This document shows, piece after piece, positions 1-10,599 of a stretch of 64,000 nt of DNA. Numbering within the stretch: the stretch's first letter is position 1; every line of letters begins with the position of its first letter. The translations under genes and the position numbers were made by a program. Below the pieces are notes generated by a model. The model was given only the letters and a program-made list of their open reading frames with translations. It searched no databases and was not told the DNA's origin. The DNA comes from Tubulanus polymorphus (lineage: Eukaryota > Animalia > Nemertea): positions 19,864,560 through 19,928,559 of the forward strand of contig NC_134027.1 in assembly GCF_964204645.1 (NCBI RefSeq). The letters run 5' to 3'.

Positions 1-809
1 ATACCTTTAATAGATCTTCTTGGGAAGTTAATATTCTCATTAATTATTTCATCATTTGCATTAATAGTTACGGTTTTAAATTTATCAATATAATCATATA
101 ATAATGAAAACCCTTGATTGTATTGGGTTTGAATTATACTTGAAATATTTTCATCAGTTACTGTATCATATTCTAAACATATATTCGATAATTTATAACT
201 CATATCTTTAACAACGCTAGATAATACAATTTCATTTACAGGAGCAAATGTTATCTCAAATATAACATCTTCTTGAATTGCGTATTTATATAAAGGTGCA
301 TTATTATTTATCAATTCAAAGTCTAATGGAATTTTATATTTGCTTCCATATATACTTTTTATCAATTTATCTACATCATTTGTTAATATTGCGCTATTAG
401 CTTCTGATCTTAATTTATTTTGGTTTTCTGATTGGATTCCTTGAAATATCATATTATTTCTATTTTCTTTAGTTAACCATAAATCTTTATAATGCATAAA
501 TAAATTACAATCATCTAATGAGAAAACTGTTTCTGGACCAATCTTTATTGTTAACTTTTTAATCAAATATCTTCCAACATTATCAACAACATAATTATTA
601 TTATTACCGATTACTTTTATATCAGCTGATAAATAAATACTGTTTGGAACATAAAAAGTATTTTGTGTTAATCTCGGAATTCTAACGTATAAAGTTTCAT
701 CGGGATTAATATTTGAAGGGTTATGAGTAATTATATGATGTGATCTTTCTGCTTTAATAGCATTAGATATTCTATGATTCTTAGAAGGATTGATATAACT
801 TCCACTCAT
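1..809 (-). CDS. Major capsid protein (double jelly-roll type), 3' end beyond the window; absent from the ORF track
   Basis: Open frame from ATG at 809 to the edge: MSGSYINPSKNHRISNAIKAERSHHIITHNPSNINPDETLYVRIPRL...NVGRYLIKKLTIKIG...YKDLWLT...YKIPLDFELI...ITFAPVNEI...YKLSNICLEYDTV...NINFPRRSIKG. The motif pattern matches the MCP of marine-invertebrate Polinton-like elements as I recall it. Confidence 0.8.
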   Translation of the reverse strand, partial: MSGSYINPSKNHRISNAIKAERSHHIITHNPSNINPDETLYVRIPRLTQNTFYVPNSIYLSADIKVIGNNNNYVVDNVGRYLIKKLTIKIGPETVFSLDDCNLFMHYKDLWLTKENRNNMIFQGIQSENQNKLRSEANSAILTNDVDKLIKSIYGSKYKIPLDFELINNNAPLYKYAIQEDVIFEITFAPVNEIVLSSVVKDMSYKLSNICLEYDTVTDENISSIIQTQYNQGFSLLYDYIDKFKTVTINANDEIINENINFPRRSIKG

Positions 810-850
810 TTATTTAACAAAAAAATTAATTATTTATTTTTAATCATGGT

Positions 851-2526
851 TTACTTGATATTTTTTGATATCATATTCACTAACCCAAAAATAATAGCAC
901 TTACAACTGTGATTAAAAATAAAATAATATGTTCAGCAGCAAAGTTAAGAATATTACCTGCAGATTTCAATATAAAACCAACAATTGAAGCAATAACTCC
1001 TGGTAATGCTGCAGCAGATTTTTTAGATAGTTCCCATAAATATTTTGCTAATTTCTTTAAACCATCTTTAACTTTATCTTGTATAGAATTATTGCTTGGG
1101 GGTTTATCTGGTTTATTGGGAGTGGGAGTAGGAGTAGATTTCAAAGCATTTGATATAGCTAAACCAATTGTTGTAAATAACATAGTTACAGCTGTTAGAA
1201 TTGAAAGAATTGTTATTCCTTCTAATTTAAATAATAACTTTATTCTGTCTTTTAATGATATTTCAGAATTCGGTTTAATCAACAAATCTTTAAAAATAAC
1301 TTTTAATCTATTAATATTATAATCATATGATTTTAATAATAATTTAATTTCTTCTTTTTGTACTTCTAAATTATCTTTTAAATTATTAATTTCTTTTTCT
1401 AAACGTAATTCTTTTTTTCTATGTTCTATTTCATCAATTACTTGATGATCTAAATCAGACTTTAATTGTTCTATTTCTTTATTTTTATCAGTTCTATATT
1501 TTTCTAAAAATCTAATTTTAATATCTCTTTTACTTTTTTCATGCGCAATTTTATCAGCTGATTCTTGCATACCTTTAATTTATCTACGTGTTTGTTCAGG
1601 AAATGCTTCTAATTCATCATCAGTTAAATCAGGGAAGTGTGATGACACACAGGGAAGTGTGATGACACTCATCACACTTCCCTGGTTAAATCAAATAATC
1701 CTTTTTCTAGTAAAGATTGTATTCGATTTATTCCAGTTTCAGTACCGGGTGTATCTAAAATACTATTCATCTCTTCGTCAAATGAATGAATTACATCTAA
1801 CATGCTATCAAAATGTTTTCCTAATTGTAATTGACTTGAATCATTATCAATTTGTTGAGTGTCTCTTCTCGATGTTTCAGGTGTTGAAGATCTCAATCTA
1901 TCTCTATTCTCTTCCATTTCCGTTTCTGGTTCTAAATTATCATAGATTTTGTCAAATAACTCATTAATTCTTATTTTAAATAATTTTTTATAGTAATCTA
2001 TTTCTTCTTTTGTTACATCTTCTAGTTTATTATTATAAATAATTTTCTTAATTCTATCTGGTTCTAACTTAAGCAAAGTTGATTTTGCCAATATTTTGTT
2101 TTGATTTTTATAAGAGATATTAATATAATATTCACCATTTAAATTATCACCATCCAAATAATAATAATATTCACCATCTAAATATTTTAAATCTTTTACT
2201 AAAAGTCTAGCGCCTCTATCATTTATATTATAACCAGATTCTTCAAATAAAGGTTTAAAATCATAAATAAATTCATTATATTCTAATTCTTGTCTTGCTA
2301 AATCTGGATTTTCATTTTCAGTATTTATTCTCTTTCTATTTGTTCTATCAAATTCATCTGTTGATGGGATTTTAGAACCACTATCTGCTAAATTAGAATT
2401 ATATGCTGATTCATCATCATTATCAATATTAGTTCCATTAAAATCGGGTTGTGGTTCATCATCAATATATCCCTCATTATTATTTCCCATTTCTCCCATT
2501 TCATAATCTTCTACTCCTTCTGCCAT
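851..2526 (-). pseudogene. Single viral coiled-coil/membrane protein gene (about 537 codons) split into two ORFs
   Basis: Removing the 62-bp insert+TSD at 1630-1691 puts ORFs 1672..2526 and 851..1570 in frame (...GLFDLTDDELEAFPEQTRR*IKGMQES...). One TAA remains at 1580-1582. Acidic N-terminus, coiled coil, TM helix (GITILSILTAVTMLF), Pro-rich linker, then ALPGVIASIVGFIL and a C-terminal TM helix. Confidence 0.8.
1623..1691. repeat. DNA-transposon excision footprint (P-element type) inside the viral gene
   Basis: GTTAAAT [CAGGGAAGTGTGATGAC aca CAGGGAAGTGTGATGAC ac TCATCACACTTCCCTG] GTTAAAT: 7-bp TSD around 17- and 16-nt inverted ends. Confidence 0.75.
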
Positions 2527-2542
2527 TTACATAATAAAAAAA

Positions 2543-3844
2543 TTAAAATTTAAAATATAATATTCCTCCGATTACAATTCCTATACAAGTTATAGCTAAC
2601 TTAGTATTTTCATGGGATTTATTATCATCATTTAGTTTAATTATATCATGTTGAATTTTATCAGTTCTATTATTTTCCGTAGTATTATAATCTTTTATTT
2701 TAGAATCATTATTTAATTTAATATTCTTAGTTTTAGTTTCAGTTGATTGAATGTGTTTTTTATTTTTTTCACCTTCCATTAATTTTGGAGCAGTAATAAT
2801 CTTTTTATTTATATCATTCAATCCAAATGAATTATTTATTGTTGCAGTTTTAATTAGATTATTATAACCAATTATATTTCCCATCTTCAATACTAAATCA
2901 TTAGAAATAATTAATAGATTAGGGCCTATACAATAATTAAGTCTTACATGAGATTTATCTAAATAATTTTGATATCTTATAATGTTTTTTGGAATCGATC
3001 TATTTTTATCATTATGAATTGAATCTTCAAATAAAACTTTAAACTGTTTCTGCGCATCGAATGAAGTGTTATCATTTCCAATTATTGGGGATCTTGTTTC
3101 AACTTGAGCGCCTAAAATACATATCAAATAAATTCTAATAGATTGATTTATTCTTTGTATACCTGATTTTGTAAAACCTTCACCATTTTCTAAAATGAAA
3201 TTAACCCAACCATTATTATTATCAATTTTATGATTATGATAAGCTCCAATTCTATGCATATAATCAATTCTTTTTATTTCATACTGTTCACCAACACCTT
3301 GCAATTTACCATGCGCTCTAAAATCGGAATTAATATTTATATTAAATTCATTACATATTTTATAAAACTTGGATATATTAATATTATTATCCAATTCTTT
3401 AAAATATTTAGACCCGGGTAAAGGACATTCTAATTCATTTAATATTATTCTGATTTGAAAATATGTGTGAAATCTAAATATTGTGTGAATTAATTTTAAA
3501 TCAGAATACTTCAAATTTTTATCTAAGTTATTTAAATGATCATTCCAACTTATTCCACATCCTGTTGTTGCACAATAAACAGCAAAATTTAATTGATTCT
3601 GCCAATATTTCATATTAGATTTTACTTTATATATATGATATTCATCTCGAGTAAAAGTAACTTCATATGTATTAAATATATTTTCCATTTTAGAAATAAA
3701 AAACTGTGATTCATTAACATAAATTTCGAAATTAGTTAATGAATTTAAAACTATATTTCTATATGTAATATTTTTCTTAAAATCTATTGCTGGAATATTA
3801 TATTTAATTGATTTATTATATCGGAAAGCTTTTGGAAACCCCAT
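2543..3844 (-). CDS. Conserved unknown viral protein, 433 aa, C-terminal membrane anchor
   Basis: Intact ORF with YWQNQLNFAVYCATTGCGIS, FRFHTYFQIR, KICNEFNI..DFR and RINQSI..Y..CILGAQV motifs, recalled from related elements. Hydrophobic C-terminus LAITCIGIVIGGILYF. Confidence 0.85.
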   Translation of the reverse strand: MGFPKAFRYNKSIKYNIPAIDFKKNITYRNIVLNSLTNFEIYVNESQFFISKMENIFNTYEVTFTRDEYHIYKVKSNMKYWQNQLNFAVYCATTGCGISWNDHLNNLDKNLKYSDLKLIHTIFRFHTYFQIRIILNELECPLPGSKYFKELDNNINISKFYKICNEFNININSDFRAHGKLQGVGEQYEIKRIDYMHRIGAYHNHKIDNNNGWVNFILENGEGFTKSGIQRINQSIRIYLICILGAQVETRSPIIGNDNTSFDAQKQFKVLFEDSIHNDKNRSIPKNIIRYQNYLDKSHVRLNYCIGPNLLIISNDLVLKMGNIIGYNNLIKTATINNSFGLNDINKKIITAPKLMEGEKNKKHIQSTETKTKNIKLNNDSKIKDYNTTENNRTDKIQHDIIKLNDDNKSHENTKLAITCIGIVIGGILYFKF

Positions 3845-3860
3845 TTATATAACTAAAAAA

Positions 3861-4295
3861 TTAATAATTTATTAATTCTTTTAATAATTTATCTTGTTCT
3901 TCAACTGTTATATGACCATTTAAACTTATTATATAATCTAGTGTGTTCTTTAATTTATTAATTTCTTTTATATTAGTTTTAATTTTTTCTTTATTACTTT
4001 TTATATTTAATTTTGAACTTATACCAGTTAAAACACTTGGACTTAATCCTAATACACCAATTGATATAGCTAAAGGTGTTAATGGGCTGAATATTGCTAG
4101 AAATGTTATTACAGAACTAATTGTAACCGAACCACTTATAATCAAATAATATATAATTTTACTTTTTAAATATTTTTTCTTTTTTATCTTTAAGTCACTT
4201 TCAAATTCTAATATTTGTTTTTCTAAATATGTTTTTAATTTAGTTTTATTTATATCATGAGGAATAATATCAATATTATCAACTTTATCTTCCAT
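3861..4295 (-). CDS. Viral two-TM helical protein, 144 aa
   Basis: Intact ORF: basic coiled coil, two hydrophobic segments, C-terminal NGHITVEEQ..LL..L..Y motif. Confidence 0.8.
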   Translation of the reverse strand: MEDKVDNIDIIPHDINKTKLKTYLEKQILEFESDLKIKKKKYLKSKIIYYLIISGSVTISSVITFLAIFSPLTPLAISIGVLGLSPSVLTGISSKLNIKSNKEKIKTNIKEINKLKNTLDYIISLNGHITVEEQDKLLKELINY

Positions 4296-4314
4296 TTATT
4301 TAGAATAAAAATTA

Positions 4315-4737
4315 CTAATTAGTAAACTTATAAGCAACAAATATAACAATAACTGTTCCACCTAAAATCCAAATTATTTCATATTTCTGTTGTTCTTTAC
4401 TCGGGGTATAATAATCTGATAATTTAGGTTTGTATAGATGTAATTTTTCTTTATTTGTTACTGCGTTATATAAACTCATTGCATCATCAACTGATTGAAA
4501 ATCTCTATGTGAAATCTTCTGATTATATAATTCTTTATTGATGTAATCCATATAGTTTTGTCTCTTTTCTCTATATTCTTCTGCAGCTTTATTGTATTTC
4601 TCTAACGCTAAATTATGTCTTCTTTGTTCTCCTAATGAACTATTTTTATCAATATGTTTAAATAAATAACCACCACCAGTAAATGCTAAAGCGTTAACAA
4701 TTGCCGATCCTATAATAGTTATAATTGCAGAAGCCAT
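4315..4737 (-). CDS. Viral membrane protein, 140 aa
   Basis: N-terminal hydrophobic MASAIITIIGSAIVNALAFTGGGYLF, an E.RRH.LA.E coiled coil, P.LSDYY.PS..Q and a C-terminal TM helix. Confidence 0.85.
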   Translation of the reverse strand: MASAIITIIGSAIVNALAFTGGGYLFKHIDKNSSLGEQRRHNLALEKYNKAAEEYREKRQNYMDYINKELYNQKISHRDFQSVDDAMSLYNAVTNKEKLHLYKPKLSDYYTPSKEQQKYEIIWILGGTVIVIFVAYKFTN

Positions 4738-4983
4738 TTATTTAGCAAAAAAATTATGCATTTTTATGGGAGGAATATATTTTTGTTTTTCCAAATAATC
4801 AATAGTTAAATTAGATAAAGTAACTGCTAATGTTAATTTTAAGATATCATTTATATCAAATCTATCAACATTAACACTTCCCATTTTGAATACTTTTTTT
4901 AATACCATTGAATAACCAACCGTTCCAACTGATAGTAATGCGCCATTATATAATCCAGTTATTATCCACTTATTATCACTCAT
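4738..4983 (-). CDS. Small hydrophobic viral protein, 81 aa
   Basis: Intact ORF abutting its neighbours via TAAATG; two hydrophobic stretches. Confidence 0.8.
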   Translation of the reverse strand: MSDNKWIITGLYNGALLSVGTVGYSMVLKKVFKMGSVNVDRFDINDILKLTLAVTLSNLTIDYLEKQKYIPPIKMHNFFAK

Positions 4984-5340
4984 TTATTTATCAAAAAAAT
5001 TACTATCATCAAAATATTTAGTTAACTTATTTATGATTATTTCAACATTTATTTCATTACTAGTTTCATTTGTATATATTTCAATTATTATTTTTTTAAT
5101 ATCATCGATGATAAAATCTTCATCTAATTCATAAAATCTTAAAGATTCTCTAATTAAATTAGTAATCTTTTCTACATTTAAAGTTTCTTTATCTATTGTT
5201 GTTTCATACTCAAATGTTGTTTCATTAGAAAATACAACATTTTTGATTTGTGTAATTACATCATTAATGTTAAATTTCATTTCTTTCTCACGTTTAAAAT
5301 CAAATCCAAAACATATACTCGGTCCAACAGTTATATTCAT
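4984..5340 (-). CDS. Unknown acidic viral protein, 118 aa
   Basis: Intact ORF in the packed array, carrying the shared upstream motif. Confidence 0.7.
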   Translation of the reverse strand: MNITVGPSICFGFDFKREKEMKFNINDVITQIKNVVFSNETTFEYETTIDKETLNVEKITNLIRESLRFYELDEDFIIDDIKKIIIEIYTNETSNEINVEIIINKLTKYFDDSNFFDK

Positions 5341-5356
5341 TTATATAGGTAAAAAA

Positions 5357-6112
5357 TTACTCTTTACATCTTATAACTAATTCATAAATTACAGGAAAGT
5401 TATTCAAATCAATTAAGTATCCATTGTGATTTCTTATTTCTAACTTAAAATTATTAAATTTTGGAATACAAGGTTTGAAATCACAATCTGTTAAATTATA
5501 ATTTATTTGAGTTCCAAATTGTTTAACATTTTTTAATGGTAAAATATTTAGTATACTAGAACTACAAATTGTTTCTTTAGTTGCTTCGAAAGTTTTTGTA
5601 GGCTCGATTAAATTGCAATAAATATAAAAGTGTGTAAAAGGTATTATATTTGAGCTGCCTTCTGCGTTTTCAGTAACTGTAAGCGGTTTAATTCCTAACA
5701 TTTTAGCCAGTGGTTTGTTTACCATATATTTATGTTGTTCATTAGATATCTTTATTCTAATTTTATTAGTACTATCAATTTTATTAAATTTAATTTCAAA
5801 TAAAGAAGTGCCCCCGATTTTCAACCGCGCTCTTCTATTAATTTCCTGCGCTAATGATTCTAAATTATATAATCCTGGTTTTAAAAATATATGAAACCAT
5901 TTATCTTTATTTCTCATATAAATCATAAACCCTCTATGTTCAAAAGTTTTATCCGATATATTATAAAAAGAATTACATAAACTTATATTTACTAATTTTA
6001 AATCAACACAATTCTTAAATTCTCTATCTAATTGTACTAGTAAATTATGTGATTTATAATTTGTAAGTTTTCTAGAATCAACAAATATTCTGTATTCTTT
6101 TAATTCCACCAT
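5357..6112 (-). CDS. Minor capsid protein (penton, single jelly-roll)
   Basis: Typical Polinton mCP pattern: IFVDS...LKLVNISLCNSFYNIS, PGLYNLESLAQEIN, FYIYCNLI, ILNILPL, LEIRNHNGYLIDLNNFPVIYEL. Confidence 0.8.
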   Translation of the reverse strand: MVELKEYRIFVDSRKLTNYKSHNLLVQLDREFKNCVDLKLVNISLCNSFYNISDKTFEHRGFMIYMRNKDKWFHIFLKPGLYNLESLAQEINRRARLKIGGTSLFEIKFNKIDSTNKIRIKISNEQHKYMVNKPLAKMLGIKPLTVTENAEGSSNIIPFTHFYIYCNLIEPTKTFEATKETICSSSILNILPLKNVKQFGTQINYNLTDCDFKPCIPKFNNFKLEIRNHNGYLIDLNNFPVIYELVIRCKE

Positions 6113-6129
6113 TTATTTTACATATTTTC

Positions 6130-6471
6130 TTATTCGAAATCTATTTCATGGTGCCCTTTTTCATTCTTACCTTTGTATACGAAATAGAAATCTCCAGAAC
6201 ATAATTCTTCTAGATCTTCACTTGATAATCTATGAAATCTATCTGGTAAATAAGTTCTGAATTTATATTTATTTTCTTTTAATCCTTCATATTCTAAATG
6301 AATTACTAATTTATCTCCATATTTATTAGTAATTGTTTCAATGTTAGTAATTAAATATTTCTTGTGAATTGTTAACTCAGTTAGTTTTTTAAATTTATAA
6401 TCTACAGATTTGACGCTTGAAGTATCTTTAATTCTATCTAAGAATTCACTGTGTACTTGTTTACTCTCCAT
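6130..6471 (-). CDS. Small Polinton-associated protein, 113 aa; putative OB-fold ssDNA-binding protein
   Basis: KKLTEL..HKKYLI....T.KYG..L...TYLPDRF...FVYKG pattern, directly downstream of pPolB. The fold is an inference. Confidence 0.6.
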   Translation of the reverse strand: MESKQVHSEFLDRIKDTSSVKSVDYKFKKLTELTIHKKYLITNIETITNKYGDKLVIHLEYEGLKENKYKFRTYLPDRFHRLSSEDLEELCSGDFYFVYKGKNEKGHHEIDFE

Positions 6472-6501
6472 TTATTATACAAATTTTTATTAAAATTGAT
6501 T
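6469..6501 (-). promoter_or_regulatory. Second viral promoter-like motif, AATCAATTTTAATAAAAA, upstream of the 113-aa gene
   Basis: 18-mer at 6484-6501 is identical to the one at 10531-10548; they start 30 and 31 nt before the respective ATGs. Confidence 0.65.
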
Positions 6502-9500
6502 AACACGCTAGAATCCTTTTCATAATCTCATTTTCTTTTGTTTCTTCTCTTTTGAATTTTATATATTCATCTAAATTGCAACCATAGGCGACTGTGTGGA
6601 TTCCATCATCTAAAATATATCTTTTATCATCAAATGGGTTTAGACTTATCTTCTCTATCTCTTCAATATACATTTCATGATCTTCAGATCTTAAACATTT
6701 CATCTTATGTTTTCTAACTTCTTCTTTAAATATACAATTGATGTAATCTTTGAAATGAATATTTTTTTCTACTACACTTTTGGTTATTCCTTTTAACTTT
6801 TTAGCTTCATGTTCTTTAGTTTTATATGAATACATTTTAGATCTAATACCTATGAACTCTATCATTTCTTCACCACCTAATTCATCCTTAAACTTCCCAG
6901 GAACTTTTTTATTATCATTGCTAAACAATTCATGATTTTTTGGATAATTATTGAAATCAAAATGATGTTTTAATGTTTTTAAATCATCTGTTATGTTATC
7001 AGTTTTTATCTTTAATATGTAAGAATCTGTATCAAAATATAATATTTCTATATTCTTTTCTCCAAAATGATGTTGTAATACATTATAATAGAATTCATAC
7101 ATCAATAGCTTTGAAATTTCTAAAACTGCAGCTCCAACATAAATCGGTTTGTTAAATTTCATACTTGTTCTTCTCATTTTAACTGCAGCTAAATTTTCAT
7201 TAAATATTTTGTTACCTATAAATTTAGGATATGTTTGTAAATGCCTTATCCTTTTGCTATTACTTACTAACTCAATATCATTTCTATTTCTTATGTTTTC
7301 ACAAGTTTTTCCATAAAACGCATTATTCATTAACTTAAAAAAATCCTTCTCAAAATCAGTTTTAGATTTAGTTCTCTGTGTAGTATTAAAATCTATATAT
7401 TTTTCTAACCACTTAGATTGACTGAATGAAATATATCTATGTACTTTTTTTAATATCATTCCTTGTCTCAAATAAAACTTTAACATTCTATAATGTACTA
7501 CATAATTATATTTATCTTCTTGAGTTACCATTAACTTTTCAGTATGAATATGATTATCGGGTTTAATTCTTTTTTGATAATTTGATAATTCTTCATGTTT
7601 AACAGTTTTATGTTCGGGACAATATGCTAGATTTCTAGATTTGAATTTAATATTTTCAGGGTATTCTAAATCTACAACGAAGAAGTAACCAGTATCTGAA
7701 TCATCTGCAATATCTAGGATTCTTTTCTTCCAATCAAATTTATCAATTTGTAAAACTTCAGTTATTTCAAACATCCCATAAGGTTGTGGTTCCATCATTG
7801 CCCAACCATAAAGATTATTTGCATCTATGTATAATAATTTATATCCAGGATTATCATTTACATTGAAATATCTATCACCCAATACACCTGAAACACCTCC
7901 TCTTATAGATTTTTCAAATCATAGTAATTGATCTATATTTGTTAACAAATCCATTTTTATATCTGTAAATTTTAATCCACAATCCCATGTTAATCCTGGG
8001 CTAGAATAACAATGACATGGATCAATATTAAAATATTTTAGGTTTACATCTCTAAACCTTTCGAATATATCGGTTAATAATAATACATCTGATTTTAAAT
8101 ATAAATCTACTAATTGCCCGTGATTTTCTATTTCGAAATGATTCCAAATATTCAATGTTCTATTATAGACTTCATCTTTAACATATTCATTTTTTAATTC
8201 ATCATAGAATTGTTCTTTCAATAATTCAGTTATTTTAAAATCATTATGTGATTTATAAAATGAATATGGAATTGCTCCTTTATATCTCATTAATTGAAAA
8301 TCATCATAATTTGGGTAATATTCTTTTAATATCTTTAATTCATCATCAACTAATGATTTTGATAAGTTATCTAATGAACTATTTAAAAATCTATATGAAT
8401 CTATAAATCTTAGGCAACCAAATTGGAATGATATATAATTCTCAGATGTTTTAGCTAACATTCTAAATTTATAAGTTGGTATTTTATCTTTTGATCTATT
8501 TGAATTTAATATTTCTATTTCATTATTGATTTCTTCTATTTTATAACATAGCTGTTTGATAAATAAATGTGCATCATATCCTGATAGATTATGAAATATA
8601 ACTGGTACAAAATTAATTTTCTTAGCTTGTAAGTTACAATTCTCATGTGCAGCGCCTCTAAACTTTCCATTCAAATGATCATGGTCTCTTACTTTTTTAT
8701 CTTTATAATTAAATATCTTTTCACAATAATAACATTTATCAGCAAACTCAAATTCTTCTTTATCTTCTTCTGTCATTATAATTTCTATATTTGTATTCAA
8801 TAATTTACTAAATTTTATTTCATATTCAATTAATAAGTCACAAAAATGATTGATAACATTTTCATTTCTATAATTATAATATTCACTTTCAATTAGTTCT
8901 GGATAATCAGATTTAATATATAACCCGAAAGCTGCAGCTGATTGATGAATCTTTTTAATTGTATTTGTTATTGGTGGTTCATCTGAATAATCACTTTCAT
9001 TAGAATTTAATTTCTTTCTTTTATAATATATATCTTTTCTATCTTTATCTGTTAATTCTTTATTTAATGATTCAAAATCTCCATATATTACAAATGGTAC
9101 TTTATTTTTGTAATCATATTTTTTGAATTCTAATATTTTATCCTTTTCATTTGGTAAAACTAATTTACAATAATCATGATTATCACATAGTTGTTTATGA
9201 TTTAATAATGTACTTTCATTACTAAATTTATGTAAACATTTTCTACATAGATATATTTTATGGTGATCATTTTCTGATTTGAAAAATAAATCTATTTGTT
9301 TAATCCACATATAATGATTCTCATAATATAGTATATCTATAACATTATTTGAATCATAATCTTTTGATAGGTATAAAGGTTCTAATGTATAATGTTTAAT
9401 ATTATTTCCTTTTGTATTTGGTAATTTAATTAAATCAAATACATTTATCTTTAAATTATTATCTCTTTCTATTTTTGGAATATTTTTAATTCTAACAGGA

Positions 9501-10517
9501 TACTTATCTATCTTATAATTATTTTCAAATTGTTTATAATGAGTTAATCTACAAATATTATAAGTTGCAGGATGTAAACAACTTATTATAGCCCATATAA
9601 AACATTTTTTATCAAAATTTTGTATATTTATTACTGCTTTTGTTGTAAATGGTAGTTTAATATAACTTGTTCCATTTATACTATCATCTTTATAATATGA
9701 TAAATTATTTTCATCAATTGGTTTTGATTTAGTTAACTTATTATATTTTGTGTTATAAACATGTAAAGTTATAAATATTATCTCATCAAATATTAAACCA
9801 GATCCTTCAAAATATTTCTCTTCTATTTTAGTTTTTATTTCATTATAACATTTATTTAATTTATCATCTATATGTTGTTTTGAAATAATATGTTGTGAAT
9901 GAGAATTTATATTATATATTGGTTTATCTTCAGATTTTATGAATTTAACTTTAACTGATATACTAATTTTAGGATATTCAACATCTGTAATTATTTTTAT
10001 TATTTCTTTCATATTTTCTAAATGTTTTTTATTTTCTTTTAATGTTTTACCTTTATGAAATTTAAACTCGATAGCTGCTGGGCCAATATCACTTTTAAAT
10101 GCTTCGGTTATCTCTATATCTTTTTTCTAATGAATTAATATAATTTCTTACATCTTCCATGTATGGTCTTTTATTGTTTAATTTATTTTTTATTCTTTTA
10201 ATTGTCTTCTGTTTCTTATCGTTATCATTATCAAAATAATCTTCACCTAAAATATCATTATTCTTATTTCTAATATGACTTATAGATTTTAAATGTTCTT
10301 TATAATATCTTTTATCACTGAATGATTGATTACATGTATCACATTTGTATGTTTCTTTTTCATTCTTTAATTCTTCTAATTTAGTTTCTAATATATCATC
10401 TTTATATTCTAGTTTCAATTTATTCTCTAAATGTGTTATAGTTTTATTGTGTCTTGCTTTTTGGGATTTAACTATATCGATATTACATGTTGGGCAGTAG
10501 TACTTATTTGCTTCCAT
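6500..10517 (-). pseudogene. polB: Protein-primed family B DNA polymerase (pPolB) with N-terminal C2H2 fingers and an EndoVII/HNH insert; two lesions
   Basis: Exo I VIYGDFESL, Exo II FHNLSGYD, Exo III YLKSDVLLL; Pol A YIDANNLYGWAM, Pol B KLMNNAFYGK, Pol C YFDTDS; EndoVII C..C...VRDHDHLNGKFRGAAHENCN. ORFs 7919..10012 and 6500..7882 are in the same frame, separated by one TGA (IDQLL*FEKSIRGG). ORF 10095..10517 joins through a frameshift in the 6-T run at 10121-10126 (LEK/DIEITEAFKSDIG...ENMKEII). Confidence 0.92.
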
Positions 10518-10548
10518 TTTAATACTATATTTTTTATTAAAATTGATT
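10515..10548 (-). promoter_or_regulatory. Second viral promoter-like motif upstream of pPolB
   Basis: AATCAATTTTAATAAAAAATATAGTATTAAAATG; same 18-mer as at 6484-6501. Confidence 0.65.
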
Positions 10549-10599
10549 TTAGAAGTTCAATGATTTAAATGTTATTCATATATATATGAATATTTTAAG

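Larger units (their letters stand above)
807..5359 (-). promoter_or_regulatory. Repeated viral promoter-like motif, TAATTTTT(-19)...TAAATG, upstream of seven genes
   Basis: The first T lies exactly 19 nt before the ATG at 809, 2526, 3844, 4295, 4737, 4983 and 5340. Confidence 0.8.

Noticed and set aside
774-1322. 182-aa plus-strand ORF (also 1659..1967, 3230..3421, 3943..4149, 6973..7155)
   Set aside because: Antisense shadows of the minus-strand viral genes; no recognisable motifs.
1630-1684. Repeat-spacer-like look of the CAGGGAAGTGTGATGAC repeats
   Set aside because: Only two direct copies and one inverted copy, no spacers, and a TSD; a transposon footprint rather than CRISPR.
7919-7921. 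Alternative genetic code (TGA=Trp) or selenocysteine for the viral element
   Set aside because: Only one in-frame TGA; Trp is encoded by TGG elsewhere (e.g. in MCP), and other lesions indicate ordinary decay.
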